Shown piece by piece: positions 1 through 12,352 of a stretch of DNA of 64,000 nt. The DNA lies in assembly GCA_002633005.1 (NCBI GenBank), contig NMRA01000012.1:1320564-1384563 (forward strand), in the 5' to 3' direction. Numbering within the stretch: the first letter of the stretch is position 1; each line of letters starts with the position of its first letter. A model generated the notes under the pieces. That model worked only from the letters and a program-made list of their open reading frames with translations, ran no database searches and was not told the DNA's origin. This DNA is from Phoronis australis. Taxonomy: Eukaryota; Animalia; Phoronida. A program made the translations under genes and the position numbers.

Positions 1-377
1 TCAGACCTCACCCAAAACACAATTTTTGACTAGTTCAAGTCAAAACTGAACTTTGTAGTAATTTGAGGAGTGTATAGGATGTCCTATTTTCTAATTGTCT
101 GCTACATTTTTTAATGTGTTGCGATGGACATTGAATTAACAAATCTTGCTCTGTGCAGAGCAGAGTTTTGTGGAGTAAAGTGTTTGTTTTTCAGAAAGAG
201 ACGTAAGGTTTTGTGAACTGTTGGATGAGTGTTTCCCTATGAGCGGGAACTTGCCTACCTTCAGCTAGAGCATGGTAATTTCCGGGAGATAAGAACATGT
301 GACCAGTGTGAAACAATAAGAACTTCTCCCTTGTTATGACCTAAAATGAACCGCCCGAGGGCCGTGTTCACCTGTAT

Positions 378-479
378 TCTAACTGACCTCGTTTTTTGTT
401 TCTTTTCTAGGTAAGTCCTCAGCCACCAGACCTTGATTATAAGACTCAGACTGAATAATTATACGGATCTCAGGTAATG
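378..479 (+). promoter_or_regulatory. Candidate recursive splice site (3'ss abutting a 5'ss) followed by a 63-nt cryptic or non-coding exon (411-473)
   Basis: Branch-like CTAAC/CTGAC at ~379-387, pyrimidine tract gttttttgtttcttttc, then TAG|GTAAGT at 408-416. A second donor CAG|GTAATG follows at 471-479. Confidence 0.55.
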
Positions 480-774
480 AATCTGATCATTTCCTTTTTG
501 CTCCGGTGGTAGGGTATAGTTGTGTTGGAGATTATGGAAGAAGGGAGGGAGAGAAAATTATGGTGTGATATCTGTGGTATGATGTCTTCATGTGTGTGTT
601 TGTGTGTTTGTGTGTGTTGAGGTGTATGTGATGTTATGTTTTTCGTCAGGTTGAAGATTGATGAACTAAGGCAGCATACTCTTGGTTAAACGTACATGCC
701 AGCCACAGTCTCTGCATTTATGAACAACTCTGTCCAAGTAGTATGATTATAATGCCTTGTTGAATGCAAATAAC

Positions 775-1345
775 CGAGCACCACGTCTACGGGGTATTCT
801 CAGTGAGTATCCAGCACCACATTTACGGGGTATTGAGAGCGAGTAAACAGCACCTGACTTTTGCAGAATATCATTATTAAGTAAACCGCACCATATTGAC
901 AGAGTATCATTATTAAGTACACCGCACCATGATTTCAGAGTATCATTATTAAGTAACCAGCACTTTGTTTTACTAAGTATTATTAGTGAGTAAATGGTAC
1001 TACATTTGCAGCATCTTATTTACAGAGTATTGTGAACAGCACCTTGTTAACAGAGTATTGTTACTAAGTAAAGAGCGCGGTTTACAGAGTATTGTCATTG
1101 AGTAAACATTACCATATTTACTAAGTATTTTAATGAATCAATAGCACCGCATTTGTAGGGTACTGTCCATGAGTAAATTGTACCGCATTTTCAGAGTACT
1201 GTGATTAAACAGGAACACGTTTACGGATTATTTTCAATGAATAAATGTTACCACATTTGTAGAGTGAGTAGCACCGTATTTGCAAAGTATTGTTGATGAG
1301 TTTATAGCACCATGTTTATAGATTGTTTTAATGGGTAAAAAATGT
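775..1345. repeat. Degenerate ~36-bp tandem repeat that resumes at 2379-2490 after an insertion
   Basis: Units like agcaccacatttacggggtattgagagcgagtaaac start at about 777, 813 and 849. The same motif reappears at ~2400-2460. Confidence 0.8.
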
Positions 1346-1354
1346 AATGTTTAT

Positions 1355-2378
1355 CAGTGGCGGATCTAGGATATCACAAGGGGGGGCCCAACATTTTGTC
1401 CAGCTGTAAGCATTTGTGCAAATCACGATTGTAGATGCGTATAGCACCGAATGGGGGGAGGTCGGAAGGGGGGCGAACCCCCGCCCAGGAAATTTATCTG
1501 TTTTTTCCTCTAAAAATCAAGCCTTTTCCTTGATTCCTGAAGTATTATCCAAGAAAAAAAAAGCAAAAAAAAAAACAAAAACACAGGGAACGTGTCAAAC
1601 AGGAAAAACTGCAAGTTCCACAGACTCTAACTCACGACCTGGCGGATAGAGCGCGCGTGCTTTACCACTACACCACCACGATTTAATTACTAATCTTATC
1701 CAAAGAGACCTTTGGCTACTTGTTTACGGTCCACAGCGTTTGCGATCGAAACCTACTTCTTTTTGTAATGCTTGTTACACGTTTTATATTTTGTGCAATC
1801 GGTTCTTAACAAATTTGTTGTGTTTAAAATAGTCTTCAAATACCCAAAAGACCAAATCCGTTTTTCGTGTTGGCAATAATGACGGGATTGCTTTGGAAAT
1901 CATCTTAAGTTAAGGTTTGACAAAAAGAGAATTATGAGTTTCTGAGTGATTCACTAAGGCTTCGATTAAAATTCATATCTTACCAGCAGCTTCTGTTTTT
2001 TCATCGTCACTCAGGTTCCATTTTCTTTAAAAAATGAAGTAAATTTTCTTCATTGCACAGTGGAGCAGACGACGGAAACGGAGTCGTGCGCAGCGCCACT
2101 GCCAGTCGCCTGGGATATCGCAGGAGAGCCTATACTTAGCCATAGTTCCATTACGAATGCGCCGTGTTCCGAATTTGACACTTGAAATTGGATCTGAGCT
2201 CCCCCCAAACATTAAAACTGCACACATTTAAATCTTATTTCATCCGTATAATTTTAATTACTGGGGTTAATTAATAAACTCAACATTTCCCTACGCTCTT
2301 GCTGTTTTATTTTTTTTGCGGCAGCCATGGGGGAGGTGGGGGCCCGGGCCCTCTGGGCCCCCCCTAAATCCACCTGTG
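1355..2378. mobile_element. Non-autonomous DNA transposon with CAG termini (hAT-like), inserted into the tandem repeat
   Basis: Left end CAGTGGCGGATCTAGG; right end CCTAAATCCACCTGTG (12/16 match to the reverse complement). G/C-run subterminal motifs. Flanks gtttat / gtttac form an imperfect 6-bp TSD. Confidence 0.7.
1611..1680 (-). other. tRNA-derived (pseudo-tRNA or SINE-head-like) segment inside the transposon
   Basis: The minus strand reads cgtggtggtgtagtggtaaagcacgcgcgctctatccgccaggtcgtgagttagagtctgtgg. It has an A-box-like TGGTGTAGTGG and a degenerate B-box at tRNA-like spacing, but no convincing acceptor stem. Confidence 0.5.
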
Positions 2379-3296
2379 GTTTACTCAGTATTAACATTGA
2401 GTTAGCAGCATAAGATTTACAGGGATTGTCAGGGAGTAAACAGCACCACGTTTACAATAGTAGTATCATACTAGTGCCACATTTACGTTGTATTTCCATA
2501 AACCAAGTTCAGTTGTGTGCTGTAGCTGAAATACTCTGCTACAAGTAGCAATCCTCAAGAATTTTAAACACGTTTTCTTTTATTCTAAATTACGGTGCAT
2601 TGATTTAGCAGCAGTAGTAATTACTACACAAATGATTACCATGATCCTTATATTGCTACTAATGATTACAATTCATTTCAAATACAATTGTAAGAAACAC
2701 TAATCAGTGTTCTCTGTTAGGTGACTTAACTCGTCATGGTTACAAGTTTGGATTTTGCATAGTGAGTTTGGCTCACCTGTTTGTAGAGTTATGAAAGAGA
2801 TTGCAACGAGTTTAGTCAGCGCTTCAGCAATCTAAAACGATTTGGATGTTTGGCACCAGTTCACTAAATTAAACTATTTGCTAAGCTTCTCATACATAGC
2901 CTTCATATTATGGATATGGGGAGTACGGAACCTGTTCATTTTGTTATCCGTGTCGACTTAGAATTTTTTGTTTTGGAGAACACTGCTAGTATCTGGTGAG
3001 TAAAAGCAGCATGGCATCTGAGACAGAAATGTTTGGCTGGCTGTTGTCTTGGGATGATGGGTTCTAGTGAATGGCAGTGAACGGTGGCACAAATGAATGG
3101 CTGCCTGAAGGTGGAAAGTGAATTATTTAGAAAGACAATCATTATAGTGAAGGTTACACAATTTTTGCTCAAGGGAACTTTGTTAATCAGATTGGTACAT
3201 TTTGACTAGTAATACCTTTGTTTGCTGTTCAACAGAAAATAGATAGGCAACTGTTGCCTTGGATAATCTGTTGAGGTAGTTTTAATTCTAGTATGT

Positions 3297-3630
3297 TTAA
3301 GGTGATGTAGGACCCTAGAAAAATGTCCAAATTTGGTGAACTTCAGAACATGTCTCAGAAACGGATAATCTAAATCAAAGAAAATGTTCAGGTGCCATGT
3401 TTCATGCGCTGTTTTCCAAACGTCGTTCGAAATTGTTTTTAAAATGTTCCACTTTTGCCTAAAGAATTATCAAAATTAGGACGTCTATGATTTTTATGAA
3501 GTCGAACAAAACGAAAACAACACGATAATTTAGAAAGCAATAACAGCAACATTTATTTCGAATGAAATTTGGTCACATTAATTATCGGTCCGGTTGTTTT
3601 GCAAGGAATGCACGTTTTTTAAAGTAGTCA
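3297..3630 (+). mobile_element. Old dispersed repeat beginning TTAA-GG (possibly a TTAA-targeting non-autonomous DNA element)
   Basis: ttaaggtgatgtaggaccctagaaaaatgtccaaatttgg resembles ttaaggttacatagtagcctagaaaattgtccaaattagg at 36901. Reverse-complement copies lie near 46290-46445, 49440-49567 and 56650-56815. Confidence 0.6.
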
Positions 3631-5371
3631 ATTTTTGTCAAGGGCGTTTGAGTTCATGAACGTATTCAAATGTTCTACAGTAAAATGTCACCCATTTAAT
3701 ACAAAAAATAATTGCCAAAATTGCATTTTTCATTATTTTCATGGGGTGTTAACATTGTTGTTCCCCACAATTTTTCAAAATATTCTGTGATGGAGGTTAT
3801 GTCACTGAACTTGGACAAGGAAAAGCAGTAATCTGCTTCTGTATATCTTGTATGAGAAATTGAAATTTCACTTGTATTTTATATAATGTTCTAAACTGGT
3901 TAAATTTTTCATATTTCAAGTTCTGACAGTTTCGCGTCTGGAGAGTCTATTTTTAAGCGCACAACACAAAATTTTCCTCACATTTCTTTGAAGTTTCAAC
4001 AACAGTGATTGTGTAAGTCAATTCTTTTCACCTGTCACTTTTTGTGTTTTGGTTGAACGTTTATTGAAGCTAATTTACTCGCTCACGTTTTTTGAATCTT
4101 GAAAATTTCCATTATTTGTAGCCAAGTAATTAATTAATCAGTGCTTGAAAAAATGATAAAATGTAACCTATGTTTATTTTGCGTTTACAAACATGTATGT
4201 TTAATGTAACCTAAATGCCTTTCAAAATACATGAGCATGGGCCAACTTGCATTCAGACAATGGAAGTTTTCTGTTGACATAACCTGAGGCTGTTTTGTAC
4301 GCAACAGAGTGCTTGACTGTCTTCCTTGCATGAAACAGCAAGCTTGTGCGTGCTATTGGGGCAAAGGGTGAAGTTCAAGACTCCCACAGGAGACTATCAA
4401 AGATATCTCATGTTCTTGGTTAGAAGAAATGTCTTGGAATAATTTCATTAAACCTCTCCCATTTTACATGCTTGACCAATCTGTGCATTCAACTGAGCAT
4501 GGTTGTTCAGCTCTCAGTTGGCCAGATTTTCGCCTTGTCAGTGTGATGTGGCAGGGAAGGTCAACTATGCTGGCCATTAAGTATCAGTGTCAGAAAATTA
4601 CATAATTTTTATGGAAAGGATTTGATTGTGAATTAATAACTTGGGTGCCAATTGGATTTAGAAATTGTGTTACTGTGCTGATAGAGAAAGCACTGGCCAT
4701 CTAAACGAAGCCGGCATTAGCATTCATTTTTATTTGCAAATGTAATTTAATTCCTCTTTGAACTTCTCTGGTCTTCTGGGCGTTGCATTGTGTTACGCAA
4801 CTTTTGCTTAATTCCACCACCTGCTTCTTTAAATAACCATTTTCATGTTTTTCTATATTCCTTTATTATTCCCACATCCTGAAATTCTCTCTAGTCTGTT
4901 GTAGGGTTAGAAAAAGGTGTTGTACTGTTGACCTTAAATTTTGAAAAGGTCAGGGTCCTGCTAAGACACTTTATGCCAGAGTTGGACAAGTGAGGAACAT
5001 TTTAACGTGCATTTTTAAGCTTTTTAAAATTTATGCCTGCATTGTTGCTCATTAAATATTACAGCAAAACTTAAGGGCTATCAGGATGACAACAGGGAAT
5101 CTACATAGGTATAATGTAAAATATTGAATTTGTGAGGGACTGTGTAGGATACATCTGAGAGCTGCTTACCCTTAAGAATGTGCGGTATTGTGTGTAAGTA
5201 CCACACAATTCCTAGTGTCAGCTCATCATCACCAAATGACTTCCTAAAACCAGTTTGCATTGATGATACAGTTACTTTATTTCTAAAATCTAATGGTCTG
5301 TTTTAACATCCACCTCTAGCCTATTTACATTAGCATGAGGTTTCGGTCGGTCATTTCTCCTGCCATCTTCA

Positions 5372-5434
5372 GGTGTTCTTAGTGGTTAGAGTACTGGACT
5401 GAAAGCTGAAAACTCCCAGGTTCGAACCTCACTG
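5372..5434 (+). mobile_element. tRNA-derived SINE head or pseudo-tRNA
   Basis: A-box-like tagtggttaga and a canonical B-box GGTTCGAACC (5419-5428) at tRNA-like spacing. The cloverleaf is not intact. Confidence 0.6.
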
Positions 5435-5834
5435 CATACCAGAAAGAATACAATACAAGTGCCCACCCATGAGTTTACGGTGTATGCATGTCGTTCTTCT
5501 AAGAACTCTGTAACACCTGAAGATGGCCAGAGAATTCACCAAGCGAAACATTATGCCAGTGTGAAGAGACTAGGTGATGGTTTAAATAGCCCAATGGAGT
5601 TTAGAAATTGTGTTATAACCCAAGTGACACTTCAGGTATTGTATGAAGTCCATGAATTTTGTAGAGCAATGGTTGCATATGAAATTTTTTAAGTACTGGA
5701 TTTCGCCAATGAAATTCAGTATCCTGATACCTTCTGTTGGCATTGAATGTTTATGTGCAGCAGTTGTCTGAATTAGTTATGATGCGCTGATCAAAATGTT
5801 ACCAACATGATATTCCAGTAAAATCTAACACATT

Positions 5835-6051
5835 TTGGACACAATATGGCTGACTAGAGAAATTTTGTTTTTGCATTTCTCCATGAAAAACACGTTGCCC
5901 CAAATTAATGATTTTCTATGTTCAAATTCTCTACCATAGCTACCATAAGATTGTTTTGTGACCATTCACAACTATAATTAGAAACACTTGAAAAATAAAA
6001 AGGGCAATCTTGGCAATTATGTTTGTCGGAAATTGGTGTGATTTTACCTTA
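5835..6051 (+). repeat. Dispersed repeat family starting GGACACAATATGGC
   Basis: Related copies at ~13348, ~24350 and ~47209, with a reversed copy ending ~45175. The copies at 5835 and 24350 also share ccatgaaa and agctaccat segments. Confidence 0.6.
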
Positions 6052-9000
6052 CGTAAGTTTGTGTGAACTTTCTAAGAAGATGCTGCAATCGTATTCTTCC
6101 AGTTGAATGTCTAGTAGATTATAATTCTTGTGTCAGCAGGCTGCTTTGTATGTGCTTTAAGTAAATAATATTCTAAAAAAATATGTGGATTTGTGACATT
6201 CTGTTCATTTTTGACACTGAGGCCTCTAAGGAAAAAGTGAAATTTTGTTAATTTTTATGCGCCCACATATTTATATGTGGACGCATTATTATTAAAGAGA
6301 ATTGCATTTTCCTTTCTAATCAACTGCTTTCCTGGGATGGCCTGATAGCCACCTTTTTGTAATCCTGGCTGAAGTTTTTGGAAAATAACATTCATGATTT
6401 TACGGTTATTTATTCTTTATGAACAATACAGGTTTCTGCGCTGTTAAAATTCTGTGGGCAAAATTAGTTACTTTTCGCTATATACGGATGTGTTTTAAGT
6501 CCTACGTATTTCAATTGTTATCGTTTGATTTTGATTACTGAATGTTTTATTGTACCTCGTTGATCAGTTAGCCTGCGGGAATGTAAAATGGCATCCGAAG
6601 TTTCCAGGCTTGTGTAACAGATCCTCACTGATGATAGGATTTCAGTTAGCCTAATTTTAAGTTGCAAAACAATAAGCTATCTAAAGGGATGAAATAGCAA
6701 ACTATTGATTACTTGCACATGAAGGGCACAGAGAATTTCGCGATTAGCATCTTGTGTTTTAATTTCTTCTGAACTAGAATATAAGACAGTAATTTAACCG
6801 TTCTTTATGTTTGTTGTTTCTTTTTTTGAGGTCAAGAAAATTCGTGGAATATGAGAAGTGTTTACTTCTTCATCAGAAGTAGTTTTTTTGTTGTCCTTCT
6901 GAAAATAATCTGTGCAAGACCTAATTTTTCAAACATTAGATATTGTTATTTAAGACACTGTGTTTCCTTTACTTTCATCTGTTAAACACGAACGGGAGTT
7001 TACATCAACCGAGGAATGTCACTTGAAATAGGAATACGTACTAAATTATAGTCCTGTATGTATTTGTGCTTTACTGGCATTTCATGAAAAATGAAATTCA
7101 ATGCCACTGGTGGTGTACATTTGCAGTTGCACCGCCAGAATTTTTTTTTTTAAATATCTTATTCAACTCTAGCTTTTACGAAAACATTTGATTACATGTT
7201 GATAGAGCATCATTTGGGATTAAGTTTGAAGTAGACTGGTTTGCGGTCAAATTCCTTTCATGAAGTTTTCAACTAAAAGACTCACAAATGTATTCTTTAA
7301 GGACATTTTTCTATTAAACTGGCACCCATAGTGGTATTTTCCTTCAATTTTAATAGTTGCATTTACATGAAAGACAGCTGTCGCAGAGCAACTAACACAG
7401 AAAAGTTGATCCGGTGCAAGTTGCAAGTGTGCGCGTAAACATGACTGACACTGAGCAAGCTGACACTGTGGCATCTATTTTTGATACCGGTTTGAGAGGT
7501 AGAGCGAGTTGCACTCGATCAGTTGCTCCAGTTTCAACTACACATCTAAACACAACTGGTGCAAGACAGAAAGGGACCGCCTTTCAATGTAATAGTGCGT
7601 ATATACAAGAGATTCGCTGGCATTCCACGTTGTTTGGACGTTCGCTATTATTTATGCGAGCATGCGCTGACAGTCTTCATGTAAGTGACTCATGCCGATA
7701 CAGTTTATGATGTAATGCCGTGTAAATGCGACTAAAGTGGAGCTAGTCATGCCATGAAAACTAACACTGTGACAACTATCTCTCTGTAAAAGCGGCTATT
7801 GTCTAGAGGGTGACTGGAGTCATTTCATTGTTCGCTGTTGGTGCCATGCACAGCAGACCCTCTGTGTATTCACAGAATCTATACTATCTGTCACGGGGTC
7901 ATGCTTGTACAATCAGGACTAATAGATACATTATGTTAACAATCATCGTGTGGCATGTTGTTGACCGAGGAGCCATGAGATGCTGTTGGATCGGGTCTTC
8001 TGCTCCGCAGTTATGCGCAACTCTGTGGGAATTGAGCGTGTGGTTGGGGACATGTAAACTGGTCAATCGAGAGGCTATTTTTGTGTCGAGATCACCAGAG
8101 GTGTTGGGTTTCTGCGTACCCTTATCATCGTGATCGATATGACCACAACTCCGTGAAATGACGCTTCTAATTTATCTATGGCCGTTTTACAAGCATCCAT
8201 TGCAGTTCTGGTGAAGTATCAGCTGTTTGTGACTATGATTATAAATATGTATTTATTGTAAAGTATTGATAATGCATTAACACTGGAGTTTTCATGAGAA
8301 AAATGGTCATCGTACTAAAACCTTTTTTGAGTCTGGGTCTTGTCCAAAATATTTTATTACAGTTAGTCATAATAAAACAGCAGACATGTACTTGTTGCCT
8401 GATTTCTTTATCTCATGTTACTCTTATTTTGTTTTTAGTTTATGTTTTTTCCATGGTTTTTAATTCTGTGAGGTTAGGTATTCCTTGACCTGCACGTACT
8501 GCTATAATAGAATTTTGTTGTCTGCGTCATCAAAACAAATGTGATTCGTTACATAAACAAGGTGTTGTCAAATTTAATCATGTAGCATAAGCTTTCTTGT
8601 CCAACATAGCAAAAACTCTTACTTTCCTTATTAACGTGCCATTTTTTCATGATATAATATACTTACGGCATGTGACCGAAGTGCCTGATATTAAGTCTGT
8701 GCCCATGTCCAGCTTTTCAGTTGTAGTTGTTGTTGATATGTTTTCCATATGAAATTACGCAATTAATAGAAGTGCTAACAGAGTCAAAAGACTTCAAAAA
8801 TCCAGCTCCTGTACGAAAGACATAATTATCGGCCTGCGCTTTTCTTGTAAGCGTGTAAGGCTTGAGCAGAAAGAAAATTTAGGTACATGCACGTGGGCCC
8901 AAAGAACGTTTTCTGGTAGAATCAAAAATAACCGAATTCATTCAAAAGGCGAGTGGAGTATTCTCGTTGAAATTTAATTAAAAATGCCTACATGCCCGCC

Positions 9001-12000
9001 ATCGTCAATGCTAATTGCGGTACTTGAGTCTTGACAACACAGGACATAGCCAGAGCGTGTGAAGGTCAACATCCAACTAGCTCATGGTGGGAACACTGCC
9101 ACCTTCCAGCCCCATCAGGCCCCTCTGTGTGTATTCAACACCATGCTGTGGTCACAGCGTGCCTTGATCTGACTCAGCACCACCTCCTGCTGAGTGGTGA
9201 TGTGTGAACCAGCTCAGTCAGTGAGCCAGTGTGAGTTTCTAATTACCCATTGTGTTCAATGTTAACCTGACTACTGAGGACTGAGAAATGATGAGCCAAT
9301 CTTGTTGTTGTTATCTGGCCTTGATGACCTCAAGGTGATAGGGCCAGCTGTAGGGTTGTAATGTAGTGAGCATAGTGACTACTATAGGCAGTGACTACCA
9401 TAGGCGGCAATGCACCCATGTTGTGTCAGTCAATGTGTAGAGTTTTTCGTGATATTGGTCTTTTTCTCATGGAAAAACTGGATCCTAAGAAAGACCTCCA
9501 TTGCAGTGAATACGTCTGTTTTTAAAAGATCAGTAGATGCAAAGTGTAAATGTGGTGGATATAACAGCGATGGGTTTTCACTGAAATTTATAGTAGTATT
9601 TATAAGTGCTGTTCCTTGTTGACCAAAAGATGTAGTTGTTTTCTCAATGTCGAGGGATAGTTTCTTGTAGTGTTCTGGACATTTTTGCAAAACAGTTCTT
9701 GAAAAGATGATTGGAACAGACTTGTGAGACCAAACTGTTCCACATAGAAAAACTTGCGAGTGATTGACCTTCCACCTATGTAAAGATTCACTGCGAAATG
9801 ACTAGCTCAGGATGTGGGTCGCATGTCAAGTTATTCAGAGATACAGAATGTGCAATTTTGCAGAGTTGAATGCTTTTGCTATAGTTCCTCGTTCCTTTGG
9901 CAATTCCATTTTCATAACACTCTTTGACTTTGTGTAGTTTTATCTTGCTGGTGCTTTTCCCACCGTTGTTGTTTTGAGTTAAAACGAAATCTTTTTGCGC
10001 ATGTGTACATTATAAATATGACCTCGAGTAATGCCTAAGCGCTTGTTATCTATTTTTTTCCGTGACCAGTAATTCCTGTAATTATTACCTGCAGGTAATC
10101 GGCGGAACAGTGAAGCTCGGCAATAGCAGTAGCTTGCATCGAAACATGCCATGCTTCAAAGCTTTCTAGATGGGATTGCAATTGTTGGTTTAATTTAACG
10201 GAAACAAAATCCAATTTTGAGCATATTGAATAATGAAATATTTACCGCATGTCATAGTTTGACTCAACACCTTTCCTTGACACTGTTTGTCAACAGTTTG
10301 GGTGTAATTGATGCAACTGTTCAGTGCATTGGTTAGAGAAAGGCACTACAATAATTGTACTAGATGTCACTTATCAGACCCTCATGATTTGGTTAATAAC
10401 AAGCTATTAAAAGATGACCTGAGCGCAAGAATCTCATTGAGGGCATTAACCTTTTGTGTTTATTTGGCAAGCCCTTTAAATAAATGCGTAAAATTTGTTT
10501 TTCATCCAAATTAGATCGCTGTGTTATAAAGCAAAGTCTCAAACAGGCAACTGATCATCAGATTTTGGAATACTAAAGACAACAGTTTTATTTATTTCTA
10601 GTATTTAATTTTATTTCATTTCTGATGAGGTTTTGTATTGGAAGCTAGAAGTGCTTCCTTTTGTATGTGGCATGTAGTAGAGTCTACCTTCCACCCCCCA
10701 GACTGGTAAGTGGGCTAGCCCAGTCCTGCTGACTGGACAGTCTGTGGTCATACTCCTGTGATCATATTACTGAAATTACTACAACACTCTGCAACACGCT
10801 GGTGTCCGCCAAGTCTAAATTGAAAGTGGATGAAGTTGGGCTCAAACGTTGTTGACTAAATGTAAGTTGCATTTTCCAATCAATGCCAATTTGTTCCTTA
10901 TACGGCAACTGTGTGCGATTTACAAATGCCTAGGCAGCTCTGAATTCTTTTCAGTACGCTTGCAGTTGGTATCAGACAACATCACGTAGATGGTCCGTTG
11001 GCCTGATCTGAATTTCACGTTTGACTAGTAAAAATTTTTTTCAAGGTTGGACTTTCAATCAAGCCAGAATGAACTTATAAATCAGGTTAAAACTAAAAGA
11101 AGATTACCCAGAGGGGGAAGAGAATCAAATGCCTATCTTCTTGGGTACTTCTGTATTTTCTTGGGAAATAATTTACAACTTCTCCCCAACGTTGAGCTAA
11201 CTACGGAAAGTCTCTCTCAATAGGATGCCTCAACTCGTCTTTAAACCAGGTAATGACATTAATTGTATTGTGGGAAAGTTTGTTATCCACTTTTGTAGTA
11301 ACATAAATCATCGCTTTATCTCTTTCTTCCAACGTTACAATTTTTAGCATGACTTTTGATTTGTAGCCAGTTGACTGCATTTATTGGCAGTTAATTGTGA
11401 GTTTTATCTTAAATAAGCGTATTTGAAAAAAGTAAATTAAAAATGTAAAACTTGTAAAAACATCATACAGTAAATAATGTGAATGATCTTTTTTAAGATT
11501 AAAAACTGCAATAGAAAATTTATCAAAGAATTCCGTATTTTTGAACAGAAATAATTTGCCTATGCCAGTTTTTGTCTAGAAAAACCTTTCCTCCTATTTT
11601 TTGCTCTCGGCCATTGTTTTTGTCTTTAAAAATCGGTTAGAGATGTGTCGTAACCACCCAAATACAAATTAAGTGACCCTAATTTGTTTGAATGTTTCAA
11701 TTTTTTGTGTTATTAATGAGTGAACATGTAGAGCATTAATTCATCTTTAGTTATGTTGGCTAATGAGACAGTACTTAGAAGATATGGTCAATAGCACCAA
11801 TTTCACTCACTGGTATTAAGCTCCTGGTGATCTAGTTGTTACAGTTCTGTTGAGCTGTAAACAGCCTTTAATTAGCAGGCAATGTCACAAACTCTTGTTA
11901 TATGAGGTTTTTCAAACGCCTCCAGAGAAGTGGCATTTCATTGAACACAGATATTAGAAGTTACTCGATTATTAGTGCCATATTTCATGCTTTACAGTGG

Positions 12001-12031
12001 TTCACAAACTGCATCTAAAACATTAATAGTA

Positions 12032-12352
12032 AGTATATCTAATAAGATAAACTTTCTTCGTTTAGGATAAAGAATTGTTGAAAACAAAACACGCAAGACA
12101 AAAAGAATAAATTAAAAACGTAAATGGAACTTGAAAAAATGGTAATGGTTCCTGGATTTTGAGAACCTGAGTTTGATAACCGGTATTTAGCCAAGAAAAC
12201 TGGTTCTGAAATTATGGAACCTGTGTATATGACTATTGTTTCTTCAAGCTCATTTATTTAAATATCTCTCATTTATTCTTTTTGTCTTGCGTTTTTTCGT
12301 TTTCAGCAATTTTTAATCCTAAATGAAGAAAGTTTGTCTTATTAGACATACT
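12032..12352. mobile_element. MITE or foldback element with ~80-bp inverted arms
   Basis: 12032-12112 (agtatatctaataagataaactttcttcg...caagacaaaaagaataaat) closely matches the reverse complement of 12271-12352. Confidence 0.85.

Noticed and set aside
5372-5434. Functional tRNA gene
   Set aside because: A and B boxes are present but the acceptor and anticodon stems do not pair convincingly, so it is treated as SINE-like.
10085-10100. 16-bp palindrome attacctgcaggtaat containing CAG|GTAAT, as a second ratchet point
   Set aside because: The pyrimidine tract is weak and the donor suboptimal. Other AG|GT candidates (~24829, ~28404) are similarly weak.
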